A stretch of DNA of 64,000 nt from Octopus bimaculoides (Eukaryota), in NCBI RefSeq assembly GCF_001194135.2, contig NC_068996.1, positions 38,607,510 through 38,671,509 on the forward strand. Direction: 5' to 3'. Shown one piece after another: positions 39,001 through 52,200 of this stretch. Each line of letters begins with the position of its first letter. The stretch's first letter is position 1. The notes under the pieces are model-generated. The model was not told where the DNA came from. It made no database searches and saw nothing but the letters and a program-made list of their open reading frames with translations. Both the position numbers and the translations under genes were made by a program.

Positions 39001-42000
39001 CAGAAGTATCGGCTATTTTTTTCTATTAATTAACCATTGTTATTACATTTAATATCTGGTTACACTATACATACACACAAAATCTTACATGTTATTTAAA
39101 ACACCAAAAACATAGTTACTGTGAATGTCACTGCCAACAATATACTTAGTAAAAAGAATAGATTTTGAGATCTGGTTAACTCATACTAGCTTAGTTTCAA
39201 ATAGATTTTTCTTATATACTCTTTATAATATTTAACATTTACAACACTTAAAAGTAGATTTAACCTCACTCATTAACAATTTTGGTTCCTCTCTCTCTCT
39301 CTTTCCTCTTGTAATTATTTGTTGTTGTTTTTTCTCCTCACATGCACAACAAACGTTACTAAACTTTTTTTTTTTTAAATATTTCATGATTATTTTTTCA
39401 GCTGTAATTGAACTTACTTAATTCATGCAAAATTTCTTGAATAATTATGTTCAAGAAATATTAAATTAACCTAAATTCAGTTTTGGGAGATGAAATTTAC
39501 AGATTTAACACCATTAAGCATGCTAAAGATGTTATTGTTTATTATTACCATGTATATTCATATATTTCCCCATGCAGGTTTGAAATTAATAATTCCCTTC
39601 AATTATCTTCTATTTCCAATAAGTTTTTCCATTTTACTTGCACCATTTTTTAAAATTAATTTCATCTTGATTATCATGAAGTAAATCTCTAATCAAACCT
39701 CTAATGAACCAAATTTTTATTACTTTTTGTAGCTAACTTGCAAATGATCCTTTATTTGCATCCAGAGTTGTTAAATGCCTATTCTTGCATGTTTGTCATT
39801 CTGTAAGTTTTTTTTTTTTTTTTTAGAACAGACAGAAATAGAATCTTTATAACAATTTTGTGAATACAAATATTAATTTTATAACTTGGGTTTTTCAAAT
39901 GAAATTACTTACAATTATGCAAGCTCTTTTTGCAAAACAATACTTTCATATGTTATGTGCATTGAAATTTGTAATTAGATGTTTTTGATGAACATTGGTT
40001 TGTTGTTAAACCTGTTTACTAGAAAATTAATGGAATAAGATCATTTGCCGTAGCTGCTCTTCCTCATCATTTATAAATACTAGTTAGTGCAAGTGTCTTA
40101 ATAGTTTTTCAGTGTTTTAAATGTAGCAGCTAAATTGTCTTGGTTGATTTTTATTACATACAATTTGGGGCCATATTAACCCTTTTGAAATAGTGTTTTG
40201 GTATGTGTAGCCAAAAAGACTTTTTTTTTTTTTCCTGTTGAGATTGAAATTGATGGGTGCTTGTAGAAAACAAAGAATAAAGTGCCTAATACTATTTTAT
40301 TAGTAAAACTATATATACGACATAGTTTCATATTATATCAACTGACAGACGATCCCTGATAAGCTATTACACTTCAAAACGTTTATTTCATCAGACCAAT
40401 GCGTTGGCCTCAAAGTCCTTTCAGCTTGTATCACTTGGACCAATCAATCAGCCCAGGTGTCGCAAGAGGGTTGAGTCTTACAATTCAAATGGTCATAGGT
40501 TAGTCCACATTACTCTATAAGGAGAATGGGACCGCTTTCTCTGGTGTATATATTCCTCTCTGGACAGTGTGCCAGTCTGACAGAATTACTCATTTTTACC
40601 AGCTGAATGGACTGGAGCAACGTGAAATAAAGTGTCTTGCTCAAGAAACCACAATCTTAATGATCATGAGTTCAACACCCTAACCACTAAGCCATACACC
40701 TCCATAAGGTCATAGCTTGAACACTAATTACAATTGAAGCTGATGTACTTGAATATCCTACTTCACTTATCTACGATTTATTAGCAACTTGATTTACTAC
40801 CACTATAATAGATAGTGAAAATTAAAGCTTGCTTGCTTGTGCAACAGGTAGCACAGATATTATATAATAATTTTGTTCTATTCATTGAAGCTTTGTAATC
40901 AAAACAAAAATAGCTGTTATCATCACATTTAAATGGTTCAAAATTTTAAAGTTTGATATCCTATAATATAAAAGTATTCTGTAATTGTAATATTAGCAAA
41001 ATGTTTCATTTTAGAATAATATCAAACATTTAAAATATGAGACCACTTTTGCATGTATTGATATAAATGTCTATGTTATTTCTGTTTGGTTTTGTAACTT
41101 TTATAACTATTTCCTACTTGTCCTTAGATAAAATTGTAATTAAGCTGGTCATTGATCGCAAAGCATTGTTCATCAATATATTTGAAGTATGTTGCAGGTA
41201 GCAGCAACCTAAAGCAATGTAATTTTGAGGTGGTTGATACTTATTTTGATTTTTATCTTTCTATTCTGGCAATAAAAATAACATACTTATTATTGAAGAA
41301 TTGACAAATGTTTCACCAAGAATGTGGCAATCTAATGCAACTTTTTTGTCTCCAGTAATGCAACAAGCAAATTTTTATTTGAGAAAGAAAATTCAGTTTT
41401 TTTTTTTTTTCAAATTAAGAATCGACATGTTTTTTCCACCTTTAGTATTCAGTTTATATAAAGGGGGGGGGGGATTGATTCACATAAAATATTAAACTTT
41501 AATTCTAAATTTTAATAAAGAGACTTATTGTGCTTACTCATGTACAAATTTCTCTTGTCATACAGAATTGTTTGTACATACTTTGCTTTTTTTCTTTTCT
41601 TTAAAGGCTGCGCAACAGTTAGCTGATAGTGTTGTGAATTTGGCAAGCAATGATGCTATTGTCATGGTTACAGTTGATCCTAGTGAAGAAGGTTCAGCAA
41701 ATGGCAACAATGCACAAGAATCTACTCCTGTTGTTCGTTGGGAGCCGTGTCCTTCAGATTATCTTGAAGGCGCTACAGGTGGTGGTGATAATGTAGTTGG
41801 GTTAGCAACATCTAAAGTTGAAAAACGTAGGGGTAAGCTGCTTTAATTTTCTGTAGCATTTTTCACTTTTATCTTCAACATTTTATGGATTAATACAAAT
41901 CGGTGGAATTCTGCTTCAAGTACGCCATAGAACACCTCATAATTTTGGAAAAAAATTTGGGGAATTTTCATAAAATTTTTGCAAATTTGTGTTCTAGACA

Positions 42001-45000
42001 AGAATTCATATGATTATGCAACCCCTACCTTCCCCCAAAAGATTTTTATCTCATGACCATCTGATATTCTTTTCATTTGTTTGTTAGTCTGACATGTTGA
42101 TGTTTTTCAATCTTTCTCCCCATAAACAGATTTAATGATCCATTGCTGGGATTTAAGCCAAAGATTCAGACTGTCCATACGTTAAACTGATGTAAAAAAA
42201 AAAAATTGAAAAATCAGAAATTTTTTTTTCATAGTCATGTGAATTCCTGTGTGTAGAATACGAATTCAAAATAATTTTCTGAAAATTCCAAAATATATAT
42301 TAAAAAAAAAAAAGTTATGAGGGGTTTTAAATGGTGTGCTTAAAGCAGAATTCCACCCACAAATCTATTACAGATTACATGAAGCAAAAATTAAATGTTT
42401 AATTGATTTCTTTGGGGAAAATGTTTTTTTACAGTTTTATAGATTACATTAAACTATTCTCATTAAATATTACATATCCTGACTTTGTTTTCTAAGCTTA
42501 TGCACTTCTAAATTGAAAATGATTATCAGCTGTTGGTTGAATCTTGGATACTTCATCAGTAATGTTTTTATTTTTTTTTTAATTTGAAATATTTTATATA
42601 AGGTACAGAAGTTGGAATTGATGGAAGCCACAACATAGTTCCAATGAGAGAGCAAAAGCGACTCTTTCGAACTGAGGCCAGGAAGTTACATGAAACACAA
42701 AATTCTCGTAGCTCGCCAACTAATCCTATGAGTGTAAGTGTTCCAAATCTTCCCACTTCTTTGGAACCTGGTGCTAACTCTATGGAATCTTTTGCTGTTG
42801 TTGTAAGAAGAAATCTTACAAATGAAACCAGTAACATGGCTAGTTCTACAGCCAACAATGGTGGTTTAGTCCGCCTAGCTGCTTTTGCCAACACACCTAG
42901 TAAGTACCCATTATTTGTATTTCTCAGTTTATTTTTAGGTTTCATAATTGTTGTAAAATCAAATTCATTAATCATTTATAAAAAGTTATATATTAAAGCG
43001 AATGCTTTTGAATCTACAAGTGCAGATTGGCATAACTCAGAAAATATAAGGGTTATATTGTTTCAAGGAAATGTTATCATTAGTAGATTTTAAAATATTT
43101 GAGCTTTATTTTTAAATAGGAATATGGAATTTAAATTTTTATTTGATATTTGTGCTTTTTTTTCCTTTTTTTTTTGTTACTGATTTGGCATTTATTACTG
43201 CCGTTTCTTATAAGTTTTTATATAAATTTTTCTCAATTCATTTGGCTGACAACTGAAATCCCTACTTGTAGTGGCTTACTGGTTAGATACTATTCAGATT
43301 TGTATACAATCAAGTGTAAGATATTTAATATTCAATTCTCCTAATAGCAAGTGTTTTTAATGTAGTTCTAACATTTCATTTATACTGTTTATTCCTTTTT
43401 TTTTTTTTTTTGCTTTAGGTAACCTACTAAGTGCTCAAAGCTTTCCTAACCTAACTAGTACACCATCCACTACATCTAGCACTTTGACAACAGCTCAAAC
43501 AATGACCAACATGACTTTAAGCCAGGCACTTACTCGCAGTTTACCGTCAACTTCAAGTGAAAGTGATAATGAATTTTTGGAAAGCTGCCAAGCAAATGCC
43601 TTGTTAGCAGATCTTGATGATGAATTGATGCCTGATATAGAAAATGATGGTGATGAAAATGATGATGAAAATGAAGATGATGATTTTGATGATGTTGTGA
43701 TGGTGAGCAGCTACTTTCAAGCATATTGAATTCTTTTAACTATCCACCTAGATCAATCACGTTTTGTATGTGAGGGATATAGTTGAATAAATAAATGGCT
43801 TTTATTAATATGCTGCTATTCATCCAATTGAATGAAATAAAAGTTACTTGAAAATAGCAGGATTTTGATACGATACTGACAATTATTAGACAGGAGGCAT
43901 AAAACACTATTATAATCATAAAACATAGTTTGTAAGCTTTCAGTTCCTTTTCAATTTACTAAATACAGTAATACCTCACCTTATGAGAACCCACTTTTCA
44001 AGACCCCAGGTTTACGAGTTTTGTTTTTCAAGCACAATATTCAAATTTTGAACGAAGTACAAAAGTTTCTACTACCATAACAAATGCTTCTGTGTGTTAC
44101 CATGAAATTTATAGAAAGCAAAAAAAAGTTTCTTTTAAGCAAACAACTCTAGACTTGTGTTTTAATAAAGAAATCTACAAGTCTGTCTATGAGTGCTTGT
44201 GAATCTGTGATCATGTACAAGTAAAGGTGTGCATGAGTCTAGTTTGAGTGAAAGTGATTCAGAAAATGATTATAATAATTTTTTTTATCATAACTGTTCT
44301 TGACATTCTTTACATTCTACTGTTGCTTTATTTCCATATATTTACAAGTATTATAAATTTTATGGGGAAAATATTTTTCTGGGAATAAATTATGATTTAT
44401 GACATTGCTACTTTGAGAAGTTATTGCACTGCTTTACAAGTGGCCTCTGGGAGCAAATTAACTTGTATATCAAGGCATTACTGTACTTAACAGATTTCTC
44501 ATATAAGTCATCTCATACTTTATCCCTTTCTGAGCTAAATGTAATTTATGAAACAACTGAGTATATTTTGATTTTTACTTATTTAATTCTATTTATTTTT
44601 ACAGGAAGATGATGATATTGAATGTAGAGGTGAAAAACGAAGAATGTGGGATGATGAATTTGTCTTGAAACGGCAATTTTCAGCTCTTATACCAGCCTTT
44701 GATCCACGTCCTGGTCGTACTAATGTAAATCAAACACAAGATTTTGAAATACCTGCACCTGGTATGTACTGTTGAAATAAAATTGTTCTAATCAAAAATT
44801 ATGAAAATAACTTTACAAGCAAATATTTTACAAGAACAAACTCTAAATATATCATGGTTTCTGATATGTGTGTGTGTGTGTGTATGTATGTGAATCTTTT
44901 TACTTGTTTCAGTCATTGGACTGTGGTCATGCTGGAGCACCTTGAAGGGTTTAGCTGACCAGTACTTATTTTTTTATGCTAGGTATTTATTCTTTTGGTC

Positions 45001-46218
45001 TATTTTTCCAAATCACTAAGCTATAATCATCAAGCAATGTAGGAAACCTACACTGGGCTTCTTTCAGTTTCTATTTACCAAATCCTCTCTTCAGGTTTTT
45101 GTTGGCCTAGAGCTATAAAAGAAGACACATACCTAAGGTATAACGCCTGTGTATAGGTGCAGGTGTGGTGTTTGGTTTAGTCTCACTGTACAGTACCTTG
45201 GGTAAGTGTATTTTGTGGCCTTGGTTCAACCAGATTGGATTTGATAGATGGAAACAATGTTCATTGTCTCTGTGTGTATAAGTATGTTTGTGTGTGCCCA
45301 TATCTTAACATCATGTGATGGTTGTTAATGAGCATCAAGTTCATACAAACGATGTGGTTCATTCCTAAGGGAAACAGGTGAGGGGTGAAGACAAACTGCT
45401 GACTTTGTACCAAAACTTGAAATTAATATTTATGGAATTGTTTCATACAGTATATTGATTTTAAATTTTGGCTCATGGCCAGCAATTTCGGTGGGAGTGG
45501 GTAAGTCAATTACATCAAACCTCAGTGTTCAACTGGTACTGACCCTGAAAGGAGAGAAAAGGCAAGGTTAGCCGTGGCAGAATTTGGACAAAATGCTGTT
45601 CAGCATTTTTGCCCAGCATGCTAATTAGTCTACCTGCTTGCCACCTTGTTTTGTACAGTAAATTGAATTAAATATAACAATTAATTTACCCTTATTCTCT
45701 AACTATGAGGTGACTTGTGATAGAAAAAAATTTATAATACCTTGATAACTAGAAACCTCTTGCCAGAAAAGAAAAAAAAAAACGTGCTGACATGAGGTAT
45801 CTTATGTTTGTACACTTCCTTACAAAATTATATTTTCTATTGATTTATATATTTACGTGCCATGAAAATTTCTTGTGATGTCTTATGACCAATCAAAAAT
45901 GCTGCTTGTGATTGATATTCATTATTTTTAATTAGGTTCTGAAGATAGCTCAATACTTGAATTAAGCAATCAAGTCCCTCAGCCACGTCTTGCTCTCTTT
46001 CTAAAAGCACCAGCCACTACAGGGGTACGCAACTTTTCTTAATACATTTTTCATAATTCTTTTGATGTTTTTCTATCCTTATGAAAAATGCCTTCAAATG
46101 CATATATGCATAATACTTAGAAAATGGTAATAATTCCAACTGACGGTCAGCATGAAAATAAATTTTAGAAGAAACCTCAATTCAAAAATATTTTTTTCAA
46201 ACTTGGTCTAAATAGTTT

Positions 46219-46249
<31 letters not shown>

Positions 46250-49200
46250 CTTTTTTATATATATATATATAGATGGATGAGATAGAAATTTATATGGGTG
46301 AAGAAAATGCATGCATCTTTAAATATGTCCAGCAATTGCGAGTGCAAGGTGGAAGTAATGGACGAAGTGAAAGATTGAAAAGAATATGGGAACCAACTTA
46401 CATGTATGATTACAGAATTTTGTTTTATCAAGATTTTTAAAAATTTTCTTATCTTAATTTTTCACTTGTAAAAAATATAACAAAATATTGATCAGTGTTG
46501 AAGTTTTCAGTCCTTAAAACTACAGTCCTTGTCTTTTATTTTTTTAATATCAAAGACACTGTAATATTTATTGGTAGCTATTCATTTATATTGGTATTAA
46601 AGACATCCTTGGACACTTGATATTTTTAAAATATATCTTGCTGCTAGAATATTTGAAAATAATCAGTTCGTATAGAATACTTACTCAATTACTTAGATAG
46701 TCAAGATTATAGCTGTTTATAGAAATGATAAATGCATTTACTTTTTCCAGAATAACATACAGAGAATTGAAAGAAGGTGAATCCAAATCAGATTTATCAA
46801 CTGTAAGTTGCTTTTTTAACTTTTGCAATTAAATTCAAATTGGTTTGAATTTAATAATTTAAGCTACCATTGCTTTCATGAGCATTTTCTGAGTTTGCAA
46901 ACTTATTTCATTTTCTTTATAAAAACATCCCAAAATATCTATCATAATGCTCTCCACCACTAATTCGATGCAGACATCATCTTTCCAATATAGAATAGCC
47001 ACAGTCAATTTCCTCATCACATTAGGAACCAGTCTTTCTTGGAAGTTGACAATGTTCTTCCAACTTAATTTTAATGCCTCCATTAAACATTAATGTATTT
47101 TACTGTATCCAAAATGCTAAGTTTTATGCATTTATTCCCTATACTCCAAACTGTTTTGTGAACACTTGTACCATTTCTTATAAATATATATATATCATCA
47201 TCATTTAACATCCATCTATGCATGCATGGGTATATATGGCTGATGCCAGTGTCATGTAACTGGTACATATAAAGCACCCTTCAAATATTGGGCCTCATGG
47301 AGGCAATAAGTGACCGAGACCTTTGGCAATATGCTGTGCTTGAGAAAACCTGTCAAGCCAAGTGAAATCAGTCATGGCCAATGGTGGTTCATGTAACTGG
47401 CACCCATGCCAGTGGCATGTAAAACGCACCAATTATACTCTTGGAATGGTTGGAGTTAGGGAGGGCATCCAGCCAGCATGGACAATGGATGCTAAACGAT
47501 GATTGCCAGAGCGGCTGTCTGGCTTCTGTGCCGGTAGCACGTGAGGAGCACCATTTGAGCGTGATCATTACCAGTGTCGCCTTACTGGCACGTGGACAAA
47601 GCATTTGAGCTAGGTCGTTGCCGGTGCCGCTGGACTGGCTCCTGTGTGAGTGGAGTATGAAAGGCACCATTTGAGCGTGGCTGTTGCCAGTGCTGCCAGA
47701 CTGGCCCTCGTGCCAGTGGCACATAGGAGCACCCACTACACTCTCAGAGTGGTTGGCATTAGGAAGGGCATCCAGCTGTAGAAACTCTGCCAGATCGGAT
47801 TGGAGCTTGGTGCAGCCATCTGGTTCGCCAGTCCTCAGTCAAATCATCCAGCCCATGCTAGCATCAGAAGCGGACGTTAAACGATGATGATGATGATTTA
47901 TTACTGTAAATAAATAAAACATTAGGTGTATTTTTAATATTTCTTTTTAGGATTGCCAATCCAGTATAACATCATTGAATGAAAATTTCCCAATGTCAAC
48001 ACGACTTCTCAGCGAATGGGAATCTCCGTCTAATAATGATCCAACTGCATGTACTGTGGATCATGTTCTTAGGTTATTACAATTGTGCCATGCAATATTT
48101 ATTGATGGGACATCAAATTGTAATATCACAGGTAATTTTATTTTCTTAAACTCCAATATAATTTTAAGAACTAATTATAATTATTGCAAGTTTATTTACA
48201 AAATAACAAAAAATTTAAAAATTAAGCTTGATATCTGCACCAGCTCGGACTTAATAGTAAAAATCAGTTTATAATTATACCATATGTTACATGTATATTA
48301 TATCATACCTTGATGCTGTGTGAACTAAGATCCTTGTTGACAGGCCGCTGGTATTTATAGTGTTAAACACTTTCGGTATGCAAATACTCATACATAGAGT
48401 AACTGTTGTATTTGTTGAGTACTTAAATAGTTTGGCTGCTTGCTTCTCTAGAGACTGTAAAAATGAGGTGGATGTCTTTGATAAGAACCCAATAAGGTTC
48501 GAAAATCGATTAAGGTTGTTCGTCGTTTATTCAGCCAGCAGAGAAATGGCTAAAATTTATCCTGTTTATAATTAATCATACCATATATTATATTAATAAT
48601 ACTTTGACTTGCAATTAGTCATTGCCATTATGGAACCTTAAACAATAAGATTGATTTGATATTATTGTTTTTCCTCATTAACTTCTTGAAGAATACAATT
48701 ATAACTGTTAGTTGAACTTAAAACAAGAATGCTAATTATATAATGAATTTTTTTTTTCCAGACCATATTTCTAAGGTTGACGTCCATCCAGAAGACTTTA
48801 TTTCTAAGAAGCTCACTAATAAAGTGGGACAACAAATACAGGTAAGTTTCTATTATATTTTAAATTTGTTTTTCCTTTTATGCTGATTTCTATTCTCAAA
48901 ATACATGTATTTTGTATTAATATGGTTGATAATTATTTGAGTTTAATATAACTGTCACTATATTTGTTTTAAAATATAGCATTTGCTCTTTACTTCATTC
49001 TAATAGTCTTGCTTAGTTTTGTTTACATCTTGATAAGGAAGAAGTTTTTTTTTTTTTTTTTTTGCACATTAAATCCTGTAATAAATCGGAATTATTATGC
49101 AATAGTAATCTTTTACAATTACTGCAGAAAACTCTTTGAATTAGCTTTAAGCAGTAAACATTTAAATATATATTAAAGACAATATTTATCTTATGAAAAT

Positions 49201-52200
49201 ATTTATAAAAGTTTTAATACAGGTGAGAATTGCTTAATATTATCTAATATTTGATATCTCTTTTTTTTTCTTCTCTAAGGACCCACTAGTGTTAGCTAGC
49301 AATGCATTACCTGATTGGTGCGAACAGCTAACAAAATGGTGCCCCATGCTCTTCCCATTTGAAACCAAGCAACTGTATTTCAGCTGCACAGCTTTTGGAA
49401 CGTCAAGGTAAGAATTACTGCAAGAATATGAAAACTCTGGGGTTATGAAAATAACATTAATAAAAGTTCTTGTAGGTGTTATCCACCAACAATGTTATGT
49501 AAACTTCTATTACACTTCCCCACTTTTTTTTTTCTGCTATGAGCTATGTTTATTTCATTCTGTGCATCAAATTTCTGAATTTTCATTTTATGTACTACAG
49601 AGCTATTGTATGGTTACAAAATAAGAGAGATGCTGTTCTTGAAAGAAATAGAGGGCCAACACCAAGAAGGGATGATACACATGAATACCGAATAGGTCGA
49701 CTAAAGCATGAGAGAGTCAAGGTTCCTCGTGGAGACCAGTTACTAGAATGGGCCCTTCAGGTTATGCGTTTCCATGCTCGCAGAAAATCCATTTTAGAAG
49801 TAAGTTATTAGTTTTGGATTTTTTTTCTAATCTCAGTTTATTATTTGCATTGAATGAAAACTAACATCACTTCTTTAAACTATTGTAGTGAGCTATTGAG
49901 ATATTGGTTACACAGTGCTAGTCATAGAATATGAACTGTCAAAATTTTCTTGTAGGCTGATTACCTTACCAACTTAGTTGCATCTCTTATTGGTTGTTTT
50001 TATATGCATTATCTTTATACAATGCTTGCACTTTTGCAGATTGAATTCATTGGGGAGGAAGGCACAGGACTTGGACCTACACTTGAATTCTATGCTCTTA
50101 TTGCTGCAGAATTGCAAAGAAAATCTCTTGGGCTTTGGTTGTGTGATGATGATATTGTTGACACTACTGAACGTGAGGTGAATAAATTATTTTTCTAGTT
50201 AATATATGATTAAAAACAAAATCTTTTACACTTAGAAAGAAAAAAAAGAAAATTCAGAAAAATGCTAATGTGTTATGCTTTTTAATATTCATTACTTTCA
50301 AATATTCAACTTTTCAAATCTAAAGACTATGTAAATATTTACTTCTTTTATTAATATTTTTTTAGGTTGATATTGGTCATGGTGTGAAAGCTCCTGGATA
50401 TTATGTACAGCGTGCTGGTGGACTTTTTCCTGCACCAATTCCACAAGACAGTTCAGATTTAGAGAGAATAGAATCTCTGTTCTATTTTCTTGGAACACTC
50501 CTTGCAAAATGTATTCAAGATAATCGGCTAATTGATTTACCATTGTCTAAGCCATTTTTAAAAATGATGTGTTATGGTGGATCAGTTAGACAGACCAGTA
50601 AACACTGTTCATACATGCCTTCACAGCGTAATAGTAGCCCTTGTGAATCATTTTGGACAAATGAAGATCTAATTTCAAGTAGTGAATATGTTGATAAAGA
50701 ACTTATTCTTGATCCACCTAAAACATATCAAAATACTGGGCCACCTTGGTATGCTGGTATTTTAAAAGAAGAAGATTTTGCCCTTGTTGATCCCCACCGT
50801 GCATATTTTCTCAGCCAACTGAAAGAATTGAGTACCCGCAAACAAAATATATTAAAGAAACCAATATCAAAAGGCCAGAAAAATTTACTCATGCAAGACC
50901 TCAGAATTCCTCCCCCTTCTCCAGATTCAGAAAATGGTGTTCGCCTAGAAGATCTTGGGTAATTATTATCACTATTATTATTATTATTTGTCAAGGTTGA
51001 ATTTTGCCTTTCACTCATGTTGTCAATCAAATAAAGTTGAGCACTGGAATCAATGTAATCCACTAGATCCCACCCCAAAATTTCAGGCCTTGTGCCTATA
51101 GTAGCAAGGGTTGTTGTTGAATTAATGTTGGCTAAGTTTTTCCTTAAAAAAAAAAGCCTAATTAAAAATGGTGGTAAATACTTTTTCATTAGACAGCTGC
51201 ATTTCATTTCATTTGGATCTTTCAAGTTATATACTGGTACATCATATTAATGAATTAGCGTGTTGAAATTAGATAATTAGAAGCCTAAATGCCGTTTTCT
51301 TTGATGATTGCTACATTGATAACAATAGTAATAAAATAAGAATTAAGATTTGTTGACAAACTTATATCAAGACATAGCTACTAAAAATGCAGTATAAAGG
51401 CCAGTATTTCTACCACTATTCTAAAACATTTGATTTGATGTTTGCTCTTTTTCTTCCTCTCTAACTTTTTTTTTTTTTTTTTTTTTTTTGCCAGCTTGAC
51501 GTTCCAATTCAATCCTTCATCCAGAGTTTATGGCTATACCTCAATTAATCTCCGCCCTGGAGGAGATGAACAGGTCGGTTGTAAACTGTATAAGCACCAA
51601 TTTAAGACTGAAAGGAGAAACAGGCTCAATGAGTGGGCTCAAACCATTCATTGCCCAACGATTGATTAAAAACATAATTAATATTCCATAAACAGGCTTA
51701 TTTCTCTTCTGGCATAAACTGATGCTTAAAATGTCTAATATAATTTATAAATGTTTTTGAATACTTCTTTTTTTAAAGCCTAAACAATCCAAGTTATGAA
51801 AAAATAATTAATATGCATAGGCACCAGCATGGTATGTGGTAATAAGCTTGCTTCCCAATTTCATGGTTCTGGGTTCAGTTCCACTGCTTGATACCTTGGG
51901 CAAGTATCTTCTACTATAGCCCTGGGCCAACCAAAGACTTAAGAGTGGATTTGGTAGGCAGAAACTGAAAGAAGCCAGTCATATACATATGTGTATATTT
52001 GTGTCTGTGCTTGTCCCTCCAGCATCACTTGATAACCGATGTTGGTGTATTTACATCCCCATAACTTATCAGTTTGGCAAAGGAGCCTGATAGAATAAAT
52101 ACTAGGCTTACTTAGTCTTGTGGTCGATTTCTTTGACTAAAATACCCTTAAAGGCGGTGCTCCAGCATGGCTGCAGTCAAATGACTGAATCAAATAAAAG

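Noticed and set aside
39733-39802. Possible exon ending at a GTAAGT donor (39803), with a TGCATG inside
   Set aside because: Both acceptors give early stops and non-triplet lengths (70 or 37 nt), and the exonic side of the donor is weak (TCT).
40345-40400. Second hammerhead-like motif (CTGATAAG...AAAACGTT on plus; CTGATGA...GAAG on minus)
   Set aside because: The core is broken on both strands and there is no convincing helix II. At most a decayed Penelope remnant.
42568-42975. 135-aa minus-strand ORF, and the similar one at 50728-51225
   Set aside because: These are antisense shadows of HECTD1 exons 27 and 38.
46859-47083. Minus-strand ORF faintly like a Tc1 transposase C-terminus ([10 protein letters not shown]...RKLTVAI)
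   Set aside because: The resemblance is too weak and there is no DDE motif or TIR. It would need a profile search.
51820-51900. tRNA genes
   Set aside because: The tRNA-like A/B-box segments are SINE heads that run into SINE bodies, and no complete cloverleaf was seen.
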